Below, in pieces: positions 13,631 to 27,082 of a stretch of DNA of 64,000 nt. Location of the stretch: the NCBI GenBank assembly GCA_964016885.1, contig OZ024740.1:315456001-315520000 (forward strand). Reading direction: 5' to 3'. Source of the DNA: Eledone cirrhosa (Eukaryota). The position numbers were made by a program, and so were the translations under genes. Positions within the stretch are counted from its first letter, which is position 1; each line of letters opens with the position of its first letter. The notes beneath the pieces were generated by a model. That model saw only the letters and a program-made list of their open reading frames with translations. It did not search any database and had not been told where the DNA came from.

Positions 13631-14482
13631 TATTTTATATAAGAGATGTGATATAGCGTCCGTTATATCATGGCATTTGAAAATTTTAAAAGAAGTGAAT
13701 AAAATAAGCAATCGTTATATATAAGAATACTTACGTTTAATCAACACTAGGAAATTTGGTAAGTAAATTACATAATATTCATTCATGATTTATACAAAGT
13801 AATCCAACTTATTTTAATAACGTGTTCAAAAAAATATCTCTAACACAGTCTCGCAGTCCTACAATCATTATAGATAACAGATTTCGATTGGTCATTCGAT
13901 TGGCAGAATAAGTAAAGCGTCAGACATGTTTTGTGGCATAAAGTTGCGGCCCTTTACGTTCTAAGTTCAAATCCCGTCGAGGTTAGCTTTGCCTTTTATA
14001 CTTACGGTAGTCGATAAAATAAAGTACCAATAACACACTGGGGTTGATTTAATCAGCTTTCCCTTTCCCTTCAAATTATTGGCCTTGTGCCAAAAGTAGA
14101 AATAGTTATGTAGTGTATCTAGGGTGATGGAGATTAACTTTGCCTTTCATCCTTCTGGGTCGATGAAATAAAGTACCAGTAACGTACTGAGGTTGATCTA
14201 ACCTTCTTTAATATTCTCTCAGATTTATTAGCCTTAAACTTAAATAAGTAATCAATATCTATTTTCTACAAAATACTTTAAACCATTGAAGTTCCTCCTA
14301 ACAGATACGAATTACCAATATTTCGTCATGTTGTTGTTATTGCGTAGCTCCGGTCAGACTTGTTCAAGTAGATTGTTAAGACGTTGGTAGACGATTAATG
14401 GCGGCTGTGGTGTTTAGACACATATCGTTTTCATTGATAAGATATATGATCAATATCGTTGACGAAATATATTTAGAATCAC

Positions 14483-14570
<88 letters not shown>

Positions 14571-15243
14571 ACGATAATGGTGATTTTAAGGATATTTAGA
14601 CACATATCGTCCTTCATTGATAAAATGTATTATCAATATCGTTGACGAAATATAATTAGAATCACATTGCTCAGTGTGTGTGAGGGATAGAGTGTGTGCA
14701 TATATGTGTGTGCGTGTGTGTATGCCTGTGTGTGTGTGTGAGAGAGAGAGAGTGTGTGTGTCTCTTTATGTGTGCGTAGATAGTGTGGCGATTTTTAGGA
14801 ATATTTAGTTGCTATTTCTAGCAGGTCGATAGACCACATAGACGCTCTTACATTGAACAGCATGCGATATTCTGAATATGCTATGTGTACCCTTTATTCT
14901 ATGTGTGTCCAGTTGGCCCTTCTGGTTGTAGTTTATGTTGATGAAGTGAAGGCAAGCAGGGGTGTGCTCTTTGAGTGTGATTGCTGTATCTCTTCAATGC
15001 TTGCAATTTGTAACCTGGACCTCTGTGTTTGGGCCTTGTGAGGTTACTGGTACTACATCTATTGGTTGTCTTTTACTCCGATTGACTCGGATATCAATAC
15101 TCATATATATTATATACAATAGTTCCTTGCTTCCTTGAGCAAGGAAGAAACTCCTGGTGGAGTGGTAGAGGCAGTTGTCTTGAGCAAGGTGGAACCCATC
15201 CTTCTCCAGGTCTGAGCACAAAGGTTTTTGAGAAAAAAGAGGG

Positions 15244-15278
<35 letters not shown>

Positions 15279-15279
<1 letters not shown>

Positions 15280-18200
15280 TTTTCTTTATTAACCACAAGG
15301 GTTTACATAAAGTAGACATTAAGGACAGTACAGGACAATACAGGACGGTACAAATGGGCATTTCTGCGTGTAAAAAAACAGGATGTAATAAAATAACAAA
15401 GAAAAATTCCCCAATAGGGGGGGGAGACTTCCGAGGGACATTTGTGGAGAAAGCCCATTAAAAGACCACAGTGACCCTGAACACCAGGGCAAGTGCCCTC
15501 TCCCAGTTTTCCACCTTTAATTTACAGACACATACTCAGAGAAGGCCCATTCATTCGGGCCATACTTGCTTCTCTCACCCATCTTTCAACAAAATGCTGG
15601 GAAGAGAGCACTTCCCTCTCTACCCTGATTTTCCTTTTCAAATGAAATTTGAAAAAGTTAATCAGGGCATCACCGAAGAGGTAAGTGCTCGTCTTCAGCC
15701 CTTTCAAACGTGTCCACCATACTATCTCTTTCGCCATGGCCACCAGACAGATAAAAACTGCCTGCCCTTCCCGGCTAAAGGAAGAGGGCGGGGCAATCCT
15801 CACGATGGACTCAGCTGATAGCTGGATCCGTCCTACACGTGATAGCAGGTGTTCGACATAAACCCACAAGTCAGCAATGCTCGGACACTGGACGAGTGCG
15901 TGCAGGACGGTTTCGTCGCCCTGTGCTCATCTCGGACATGCCCGGCTGACGGCACCTCCATGCCTGTAGAGTTTATCCCGAACTGGCAAAGCTCCCGGTA
16001 GTACTGCCAGGCCAGGGATTTCTGGAAGTTGTCCATAGGCCCCGGCCCGAGAGTCCTTCCGAAGAGATTGGCTAGTTGATTTTCGTCGACGCCTAGAGTT
16101 TTTCCAAGTACGTCGTCGCTCTTCCCCTCCACTAATCCCCTATAGAACGCCAAGGTGGAGTTTCCACCGATCACATTGCCCGATTGGTCGAGGGCTGTGA
16201 GCGCCTGAAGATATTCCAGTCTCCAAGCGCTCCCTCTCGGTCTTCGCTTGACCCAGGACTGCAGCTCCGTCAAGGAGACGAGCTGGGGAAAAACGTGTCT
16301 AGCAAACGGCGACCACACCTGATCACCGTCGAGGAAGAGGTGGAGATGTCGTAGCCTGAGCGCGTGTCTGCGCATCATCAGCCACGGCATTCCCAGCCCT
16401 CCACGTAGCGGGTGTTGACAGCAGATGGACCGCCTGACCATCGGAGCGCGTCCCTTCCACAAGAAGCGAAAGAGCAAACGCTCCAGCGCAGTCAGGCGGG
16501 GCTTAGGACAAGGTACGACGGTCAGGCGGTAGTAGATGACGGACGCGATGTACGTGTTAGCCACCGCCGCTCGACCTTTCAGGGATAGCTTCCTCTCGGC
16601 CCATTTCTGGGTGAGAGAAGCCACCCTGCTCGTCACCTCGTCCCAGTTTTTGTCCGTCTAGAGGTCTGGACCGAACCAGACCCCTAGCGATTTAACCGCT
16701 CCGTCCGTCCAGCGCCCGACGACGCTGTTGGACGGCATGGACCTGCCTCTCCAGGTGCCGAGCTGCAGGACCACTGACTTTTCCTGGTTGATCATTTCTC
16801 CTGTCACCGCTTCGTATTCTCTTAGTGTAGTGCCGATCGCCTCGATGTGTTTGGCGTTCGACACCACTACGGTGACATCATCCGCATATGCTGACACGGA
16901 TCTTCCGCATCCTAGTTCGCGCGGGACCCCCCTCAACGTCTCCAGTTTGTGCAGTAATGGCTCGAGAGTCAATACGTACAATAGGGACGAGAGGGGACAT
17001 CCTTGGCGGACCGAGCGCATGATGTTGAACGGTTCCGAAAGGTGACCGTTCACTCTCACTACAGAGCAGATGTCGCTGTGCATGGCAGCGATCCAGCCTC
17101 TGAAGACGGGCCCAAAGCCAGCCGCCCTCAGGACTGCCGCTAGGTAACGATGGTCGACCCTATCGAAGGCTTTCGACTGATCTAAATTGATCAAAGACCC
17201 ACCCGTGCCAGGTTCCCTAGCTACCCTCTCTACGATGTATCGCATGAGGTGGAGGTTGTCGTGGATGGATCTGTCGGGAATGGCGCATGTCTGTGCCTCT
17301 CCCACCAGACCACCAACGACAAGCGCCAACCTCTTTGCTAGCACCTTGGCCAAAATCTTGAACTCTGTGTTTAGCAGAGTTATGGGCCTAAAATTATCTA
17401 TGTTATCCCCCTTGTTCAGATCCTTTCTCAGCAGCGCCACCGCTCCTCGGCTCACAGAGCTGGGAATTCTCCCGTTCTGTTGCCAGTTGCAGTAAACGTC
17501 CGCCAAGAGGCCTCCGAACAAGTCTGGCATTTGTACGTAAAGTTCATAGGGCAGACCATCCAAACCAGGCGATTTACCCCTTGTGCAGCCTGTCATTGCC
17601 TCCCGTACTTCAGCGGTTGTTATCGGCTTTTCGCAACACTCCGCCTCAGTGGCCGAGAGCCGCGGCAGTCCGTCGAGGTAGACACTAAAGTCCATCCCTC
17701 GATCCGGCCCGCCACTGCCCCCGAACAGTTGAGTGAAGTGTCGCAGAAAAGCTTCACACATTTGCCCGGGATCGAGTAGCATGCGCCCATCGTGGTCCAC
17801 CAAAGACCGGATCGTGGTTTTGTTGCTACGACGCGCCTCCGCCACTTGGGCCCATTGAACGGCTTTCGTCCCCTCGTGTCTAAGAGCACGCACCCTAGTT
17901 CTGACAACGCAGCCTTCGTGCTTTGCATTGAAGAATTGGTCAAGGGCCAATTTCGCCGCAAGTACGTCGGTCGCGATGCCTTTGCTAAGCGCCTCGTCTA
18001 ATTTTCTAACTAATTCTCCCTCTGCTCTATTTTTCTCTATTGCTAAAGCCTTACTAAACCTAATGGACTCTATTCTAATTGCTCTTTTCAGAGCAAACCA
18101 CCACTTGTTGTTGACGATGGCCCCCGTCAACGCCCGCTTAACTAGTTCGCTAATCCGGTCTCTGTAGGCCTTGCGCGCTGGTAAGGACGCGTTTAGCTTC

Positions 18201-21035
18201 CAGTAGCCGGGTCCTCGTCTATGAAGCCTATCTAAGTCAAGCACACAGATCACGAATTTGTGGTCCGTGTAGCTGACTATCTTGAATTGTGGACAGCCTA
18301 TGCTAGACCTATCTATTTCACTACAAACTACTCTATCTAGATATGATCTGGATGACCCTATGCGATTTGTCCAAGTCCACATTGGCACATTCGGGAAATC
18401 CAATCGGTACCTGTCAGACAGTTCAAAACGCCTGAGCAGGTTGGTGAGACTCTTGCACCCTCCTTCCCTATCCACTAATCCCACACAATCCCAGCGTGCA
18501 TCTAAGATCCCGTTCCAGTCGCCCACTAACACTAAAGAGCGGGACGTTCCAAGAAAGGTCTCCAGACGCCGGAAGAAATCAGGCCACCCTGCTCCTGTCG
18601 GGGCATAGACGGCCACTAGCCTGAAAGCTTGCCCGTCTCCGCTGGTCACGTCTAGCACCACCAACTTACCTTCTGGGTCCAGGAAGATGGCCCGTATGGC
18701 GAGTTCCAAACCTCTCCGAAAAAGCACAGCAACTCATCCCGCCGATCCCGGACGGCTGGGAGATGCGTACACATCGTAGCCGCCGAAGATCGGTGCGAAG
18801 GCCCGTGCTTCGGAGATTCTGGTCTCGCTGATAGCCACTACATCTATGTTTAGTGACCTGAGGTCGTTGAGCAGGTGGCCCTGCTTCCATGACGACCCCA
18901 AGCCACGCGCATTTATGCTGCCTATTCTGAGTGAGGTCATGTTGAAATGGAGCGGAAAAGATGGGAAAGACCACTTACCTTACTTCTTGTAGAGGAAGGA
19001 TAGTTTAGTCCATCCTTTTCACTGCGTGTGGCCTCCTCCGGAAGGATGTCCTTATAAATCCTCCTGGAGAGTGTTTGTCGGAAGTCTCTGATGTCTTTGG
19101 TGAATTTTTGTTTTAGTGTCGTGTACGTTTTCTGTGTGATGCGAGTGATTTGTATGTGTGGAGGTGGTGTGAACTTTTGGGTTGTTGTGTAGTCTTTTTC
19201 TGTGATGCTGGTGTTGTGTTGCATGTAGTGTAATAATTGGTTGTTGTTCAAATTTAATGCTGTGTAGTGTGTATCGTTTTGGTTGTTTTGTTTTGTTTGC
19301 GTTTGTTGTGGGTTTGTTTCTGTTACGCTTTTTGGTGACTTTTGTGGTGTTGGTGATGGTGGTGCTGGGGTTAATGATGGTGATGGTGTTGGTGTTTGTG
19401 GTGATGGGGTTGGTGATGCTGGTGTGGATGGTGGCATATCTGTCTTAACTTTCTTGTTCGATAATTTATTTGTTTCCCTCTGTATTTTGTTTTTTGAGGG
19501 GGAAGGAAGAGAATTTTTTCTCTTTTGGTTTCTTTTTTTTTTTCTTTTTTCCTGACACCGTTTCCCACTCCTCGTCGTCACAATCTGTCTCCAGTTGCGA
19601 TAAGCCGGGGAGTGGAAAATCCTCCACAGGCGTTGGTTTTGGTTGTGGCGTGGTGGATGGTGTAGACGCTGGTGCTAGTTCTGGGGCGTTGGGTGGTGGT
19701 GGTGTTGGTTTTGCTACTGTTGCTGGGGTTGTTGCTGTTACAGTTGCTTCTGTTGTTGCTGCTACAGTTGTTGCTGCTATTTCTGCTGCTGGTGGTGTTG
19801 ATGGTTGAGTCACTGGGGTGTGTAAGAGAGGTGGCCTCAACCTTTTAGCCTGAGGGCAGAAAGCCCTTAGGTGGGTTCCTTCACCACAAACGACACACCT
19901 AGGTCTTCTGCCCTCGACGATTACGGTGAGGTGGCTGCCGTCAGTGAGGTCTATTACCTCTGGGATCTCCTCAATGCTTTTATGGTCCGCTTGGATCAGG
20001 AGCTCCATCCCAGATCCGGACCAGTTCTCCTGCTTTTCTTTTGCTATTTCTATTATTTTGGTGTTGGCCTCGATGCCGGCGAGGACGGCAGCCATTAGCC
20101 AGGGAATTTCGATGGCCGGTGGAACGTGGGTCACCCTGATCTTCACAAGTCTCTGGCCACAATAGCTTGGGATGAGTGTGAAGTCGTCACTTCTTAATGG
20201 GGCCATGGAGTGTTCTCTGGCCTCCTGTAGTGTTTCAAAGAACACGTCCACGGTTCAATACTTCTGCCCACGTCTGATGTGGGGGTTTTTTGCCCACACA
20301 TGTCCCAAAGCTTTTTGGATTTGGGACTCAGATGCCCGTTCCACTCGGCGCGATTTTATGTTTATTGTCCGATAAGACACGGTGCATAGGCGACGTTGCT
20401 CCATTTTATTAGGTGGAGGGGTGGGGCTGACCCTGTACCCATCTTTCTTTACCGTTCCTTTGGCTTCGTCTAATTCTTCCTGAGTTACCTGGATCGCTTC
20501 GCACGTTTTTGCTACTCTGGCAAAACTCAGGGTAGTTTTCTTAATTTCATTGTTGCTGTTGTTATTATCGTTATTTTTGCTATTGTTAATTTTAGTTTCA
20601 GTTGTGGTGGTGGTGGCGTCAGTGGTGTTCGGTGTGGAAGAGTTCATTTTGGTTGAATTCATTTCGATATCATGAGTTAATTTTTTTTTTTTTCTGTTGT
20701 CGCTGTGGTGGTGGTGGGGGTGGTGTGGTGGCGGCTTTAACACCTGCAGTCATTGGTAATGGCGGGAAATGAACGTCTGCCTGAGACAAATTTAAAATAT
20801 TGCTTTTATTATTATTATTATTTTTCAAAGAAAAAATTTTTTGTTTGATAATTATAAAAAGTTTAAATTTTGGGCTCAAGGCCCCAATATTTTTGAGTGT
20901 CCTTTTCAGAAATCAATGTATGTGCACTTATATATAGTTAACAATAAAAAATTTCCATAAATGGCAATTTTAAATAACTGAAAATAACAAACCTTTGCGG
21001 AGCTCACGATGATACGATTTACTACGTAGGTCGCC
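15279..21035 (-). mobile_element. Full-length Tx1-clade LINE, ORF1 plus ORF2, disrupted
   Basis: ORF1 pieces 20743-18937 with CVVCGEGTHLRAFC (CCHC). ORF2 pieces 18940-15522 with APE (SINARGL, ISET, GDWN), RT YADD, a stop at 16658 and frameshifts. Paralogous to the 7835-11087 element. Flanked by (AAT)n. Confidence 0.93.
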
Positions 21036-22229
21036 AATAATAATAATAATAATAATAATAATGTTTTCTACTTTAGGCTCAAGGCCAGCAATTTTGGGAG
21101 AGGGGAAAGTCGATTAAATTGACCCCAGTGCTTTATTTTATCGATCCCGTAAGGATGAAAGGCAAAGCTAACCTCGGCGCGATTTAAACTCAGAGCGTAA
21201 AGGGGCGAAACTATAGGCCGCAAAGCATGTTGTCTGACGCTCTACCGATTCTGCCAATCCACCGCCCAAAGATGAAAGGCAAAGCTAACTTCGGCGAGAT
21301 TTGAACTCAGGGCGTAAAGGGCCATAACTCTATGCAGCAAAGCCTGGTGTCCGACGCTTTACTGATACTGTCGATCGACCGCATGAATACTTCAAAGCGT
21401 TCTCAAAGCGTTCTCAGTAGTAAGCATCAAAAATCTAATTTAGAATAGATATATTTTGAGAGGGAAAGACACCCTCGGTCCTCGGACTACCATTTTCCTC
21501 CACCATGTCGGTATTAGGTATTAGCGCATCTCACCTGACGTAGGAGCCGAGGGAGCTCCGTGAGGTGGTTGTTCAAAGCAGCAACGCTTTCATCAACTTT
21601 TCTGCGTGTCTAACCAACGTGTCTCCGCCTACTTTTTGGTCCTCTATTTATATCTTACATCTAACTTTTAATTGATATTGTTATATCTGGGTTTCGCTTC
21701 AGTATATTTTTATATTTCTAGAAATATAAAAATATACTGAAGCGAAAACCAAACCAAACAGTGAGTGTGTTTTACCATTTTTTTCTGGCAATATTAGAAC
21801 AACACGACCCTCCCAAAATATAACAATATCTGTTTCAACACACGATTTCATACCTTACAAAATAAATACTTTTAATTGAGCTTTGTAAAATGTCATTTGA
21901 GCTAATCTTGTCTTTACTTCAGGACATAATTATCTATTACTAGTTATTTGATGTCGACTGCATTAAATGTGTTAACACTAACTTAATTATTATTGTTTTT
22001 CATGAAGTGATTAACCTCAGTTATTTCTTGAAATCAACTCATTTATCACACCTACTCATGTACAATATTGTACATATATCTACTTACATTCATTCCTCGT
22101 CTTCTCTCTGTGTCCTCTCTACCCCTTCTCTCGCTCTCTCTCTCTTTCTCTTTCTCTCCCTCACGTACACAGTCCCTCTCCCTATGTATCTCCCTCTCTC
22201 TCTCCCACACACACACTCCCTCACCCCCT

Positions 22230-22270
<41 letters not shown>

Positions 22271-22387
22271 CTCTCTCTCTCCTGCTAGTACATATATCTT
22301 TCATTCTCTCCTTGTCTTCCGTCGGTCTCTCCTCTCCCTCTTTCTCTCACACACTTGCACATTCTCCCTCTCTCTCACCCCCCCCCC

Positions 22388-22449
<62 letters not shown>

Positions 22450-23142
22450 CTCCACCCAAAAAGAAAAGATTATAGAAAAACATTTGATAAGTTTGAAAGA
22501 TATGTTATCAGGGTGTTGTCTGATTATATCTATAGTCTTGTGGTGATGGTGGTGGTGGTGTTGATGACGGTGGTGGTGCTGCTGCTAGTGTTGATGCTGG
22601 TGGCTGTGGTTGTGGTGCTGCCTGCTAATGCTGGTGCAGGTACTGGTGGTTGTGGTGGTGATGGTGGCTGTGGTGCTGCTAGTCCTGGTGATTGTGGTTG
22701 TGGTGGTGATGTGGTGGTGTTAGTGCTGGTGGTGGTGTTGTGGTGGGGATAATGCTGGTCCTGGTGCTGACGCCTGTGGCTGTGGTGGTGGTGGTGGTGG
22801 TGGTGGTGTTGATATTATATCTATATCTACCTTGATTACTAGTAGTTGTAATGTTTCTTCACCTGATCCTAATAATCGTCAGATTTGACCAAGAAAACAA
22901 TGTCTCTATTGGTCTTTCCATTGCTGAAACTGGCTGCCAGGCGCATCTCCTTGCAGCAGGGTGAGGGTGATAATGATTTCTGTATTATTATTCATTCACT
23001 CAGCTGTAGAAATGAATTACGACCTCACTGGTGCCAAACTGTATCGGCCATTGCCTTTCCCTTGGACAACATCATATGTAGTGTACATGTAGTGTATAAG
23101 ATGTATGTAATGTATTATATAGTACGTATATAATGTATATAT

Positions 23143-23607
23143 CTAAGGCGGGTAAAATTCCCGAGATCCATGGACGAGTTCTCTCCAGCGGTCTCTGTCC
23201 CTCATTATCGCTGCCATGTCCTGCGTCTCCAACAGACCAGTGTCTGTCCTTAGGGCATCAACATACGTTAACCTTGGTCTTCCTCTTCTAGTGTGTCCAT
23301 GTAGGGGCTCCCACAGGAGCACTGAGTGCAATGTCAACTCTGGATGTCGGTGAGCATGTCCAGCTAACCTCAGTCTCCTCTGTGTCACTTTTGAGCAGAT
23401 TTTTGGGAGGCTCCCATACAGCTTCGTAAAGACCTGAAGATCCGCCTCTTCATTGCTGTAGTGGAGTCTGTGCTGCTGTATGGGTCTGAGACTTGGACAC
23501 TGACCAAGAAACTCACTCAGATGGTGGATGGGTGCTGCACGAGAATGCTGAGGATGGCTCTGAACATTAATCAGTATACACTGAGGATGAGATGAAAAAC
23601 TCAGAGC

Positions 23608-23611
<4 letters not shown>
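23143..23611 (-). mobile_element. RTE-clade LINE 3' fragment with inverted 5' part
   Basis: Minus strand: LYGSLPK...RRLRLAGHAHR...RRGRP. Plus strand 23426-23611: KIRLFIAVVESVLLYGSETWTL...RMLRMAL. Confidence 0.85.
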
Positions 23612-23669
<58 letters not shown>

Positions 23670-23836
23670 TATCGGAGAAAGCTAATAGCGATACTCCGGC
23701 CAAATCCCAACTCACTCAACAAACATTAGGAAATAAGTGAGTATATTCCTAATTAAACGTTCGGGGTGCTAACTAATTGTATTGTGTGGAAAATTGGCTG
23801 TATCATTTCATATGAGATATATCAAATATATCACTT

Positions 23837-23963
23837 CCCAGACGGACGTCTCGTTTCATTATAAGATTCCTACAAGTTGGGTGAAATTATACCAATTTAT
23901 GTAGAAGCTTGTATAAGATCAACAGATACTTATTCAAGTGGGCTCTTATAATTCTTCAGTGGG
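23837..23963 (-). ncRNA. Type I hammerhead ribozyme motif with long loop II
   Basis: CCCA-CUGAAGA-AUUAUAAGA...(about 77 nt)...UCUUAUAAU-GAAACG-AGACGUC-CGUC^UGGG. Confidence 0.75.
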
Positions 23964-24735
23964 TGCCCAATAATATTAATATTGATAATCAAATCAACAT
24001 CAATATTTTGCGATAATCACCATCAGTGCTTGAGGTAGCTGCTAGATTGCTAGCCCAGCAGTTCTAAAGAAATTCTCATACTGTCTCAAAAAAAAAATAT
24101 ATATATATAATTGATATTAAATAAATGGAAACTATATTTATAAAACCATATTTATTCTATTATATATATTTCAAGGGTACCAAAAGTTTTAGTACGCTAT
24201 CATCAGATAAAATACAAAATGTTTTATAAATATTTGACATGACCAAGGATGATATACCTTAACGGTTCAAGTTATCTAACAAATTATATATCTCTTATAT
24301 ATATGTGTGTGTGTGTGTTGCCATGTCATTGGTACCAAGCTGTATCAGCCATTATCTTTCCCTTAAACAACATCGGTGGCTTGGAGAGAGAAGACTGGCA
24401 TGCATGGGCTACTACTGGTCTTCCACAAGCAAACCTTGCCCAGGCTTGTAATTCGGAGGGAAACATTCTAGGAGCAAAACAATGGTCATTGGTGACTGAT
24501 GGAGACCTTTAAATTATTACCACTTGGCCGATGACTGAGGGACCATTAGAAGAACAAATTTATTTATTCTCATCACTTATATGTGCCAACATACCTCTTT
24601 TCCTTCCCCTCTCTCAAACCTTTCTGTTTCATTTGCCTATCACCCACCTCACAGCTTTACTTTTCTCTTCACTGACCACAGGCCACTGATTTCTGTCCTT
24701 TGAGGTATTTTTACTCGACTTACATACTGTCATGT

Positions 24736-24935
24736 AAAGGCGCGTGGCTTTGTGGTTAGGCTATTAGGCTTACAATCGTAAGGTTCTGAGTTCGATTCCC
24801 GGCGTTGCGTTGTATCCTTGAGCAAGACACTTTATTTCACGTTGTTCCAGTCCACTCAGCTAGCAAAAATGAGTTGTGCCTGTAGTTCGAATGGCCAGCC
24901 AGTCACATTGTGTCGCGCTCAATCTCCCTGAGAAC
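24736..24935 (+). mobile_element. tRNA-derived SINE family 2 (copies about 840-1110+, 38330-38665-, 57580-57830+)
   Basis: TGGCnnnGTGG A box, GTTCGATTCC B box, tccttgagcaagacactt core (CORE/V-domain-like). Confidence 0.75.
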
Positions 24936-25893
24936 AACATACTGTCATTGACGGCATTTAGCTGCTTTTATAGATATTCTTCAATTGAGTTTTCTAATTT
25001 TTCTAAGAATTTCAAATACAGTCACACTTCGTCTCGATCTTCGAGACAATTATGTTTATTTTTTTAAAATACAGTTTTTCAAAAATTTTCAGAATTGTGT
25101 TAAAACAGAATTATAACTGATCGAACGTGTATCCTACTAATTATGAGAACAGATAGAGACAGTTTCTGGTTTAAACATATAGAATAAACAGTAATGCTGT
25201 GTTGCAGTTACCATTACACAATCATTTGGAACAATTAAGATCAATAGAAAGAAAGATGTACCTGACTCTGAAATATATTTATTGAATGCATGGATTGTTA
25301 TGAAAGCAACGGAGAGGCACCTCTACATAGTTAATCGACTCGCTAAAAGTAGTAGGCACATTCCTTCAAACTACATGCTAGCTTCATTAATTAGGAAATA
25401 TTAGATTTAAATATACAAAATACAATGTAGTCTAAAATATACAAAAAATAACGGGATGGTCACGGCTGAAATGCTTTTGATCAGAGGTATACTCAATGAA
25501 GGATGACCTGTGGCTAAACAACAGCAACAACAAAAACGTGGATAGTATGGTTAATATTAAAATGAACAACTACAACTGTAAATTAACGAAACGCCACTTC
25601 ATTATAGATTATCTAAAATCTATGAAAACTGCCGAGTAGAACAGCTGATGGTGCATTTCACTTCCTTCAAACAGGAAATACATACATTCTTTTACCTGTT
25701 TCACTCATTTAATTGTGGTCGTGGTGGGGAACCATCTCCAATTGTTTTGGTCGATGATATCGACCCCAGGTACTTTGTCTGGAATTTATTTTATATCGAC
25801 CTTATTCTGAGGAAAAACAAAGTCGATTTAGGCACAAAGGAACACAATCGGGTATGAACCAAATACCACTCTATATTTGTGTTTGACTCGTCG

Positions 25894-25963
<70 letters not shown>

Positions 25964-26059
25964 TGCTTCTACAGGACTAGAGCTGTTTCATTCGAAAGAA
26001 ATCATGAGGCAAGCCCGATTGAACTCAGGACTCTCTGTCTCTCTCTCTCTCACACACAT

Positions 26060-26115
<56 letters not shown>

Positions 26116-26334
26116 TATATAGATATATATATAGATATAGATATATATATACTACTACTACTACTACTACTACTACTACCACTAATGTATTGGTCCGAGG
26201 CCGTAAAATCAAATGTTCTACCCACACGGTATCGTTTTTCTCACTATTTAACGATACTGACTTAATTAAATTATTGAGTGAGATGAAAGCGACCGAAGAT
26301 GTATCGGTCCTATTCGACAGCTTCGTTTCAGTAT

Positions 26335-26360
<26 letters not shown>

Positions 26361-26366
<6 letters not shown>

Positions 26367-27082
26367 GAGAAGAAAGAAGAATACTGCGTGCTTTGCACAT
26401 GGGTTACATATGATAAAAATAGTCCTTCGTCAGTGATTTTCCAACCATCATTGGTATTTCAGCGCATTAAAAATCAGATACCTCAGGTTGGTGCGAGCAA
26501 TAACTAAAAAAAGTTATTGGGACCAGAATTCGCGTAGGGCGAGGGGGACAAGTGAACAACATAGAAGGATAAAAGCAAACCGAAGATAGGAAAATAAACA
26601 AGCAACATGGTTGTCGGGTCAGCATAATCTGGATGGATTTCATGAGCGAGAGAGGTACAGACCGTGTTGATGTGTGTGAGATGTGAGCAAGAAGAGACCC
26701 ACACAAGCCAAACGGGAGGAAATGAGAAGGGGAGAAACAGAGAGTGAGTGAGTGGAAGTGTGAGGAAGAGGTCAGTCGAGAGAAAGTGTAACTGACAGAG
26801 GGGGCGAAAGAAGGTGAGAGAAACAGAGAGAGCGGGGAAGCAGTAAAAGAGAAACAGACAAACGCAGCCGAGGTAAATATATATAAAAAAACATGAGAAG
26901 AAAGAAGAATACTGCGTGGTTTGCACATGGGTTACATATGATAAAAATAGTCCTTCGTCAGTGATTTTCCAACCATCATTGGTATTTCATCGCATTAAAA
27001 ATCAGATACCTCAGGTTGGTGCGAGCAATAACTAAAAAAGGTTATTGGGACCAGAATTCGCGTAAGACGAGGGGGACAAGTG

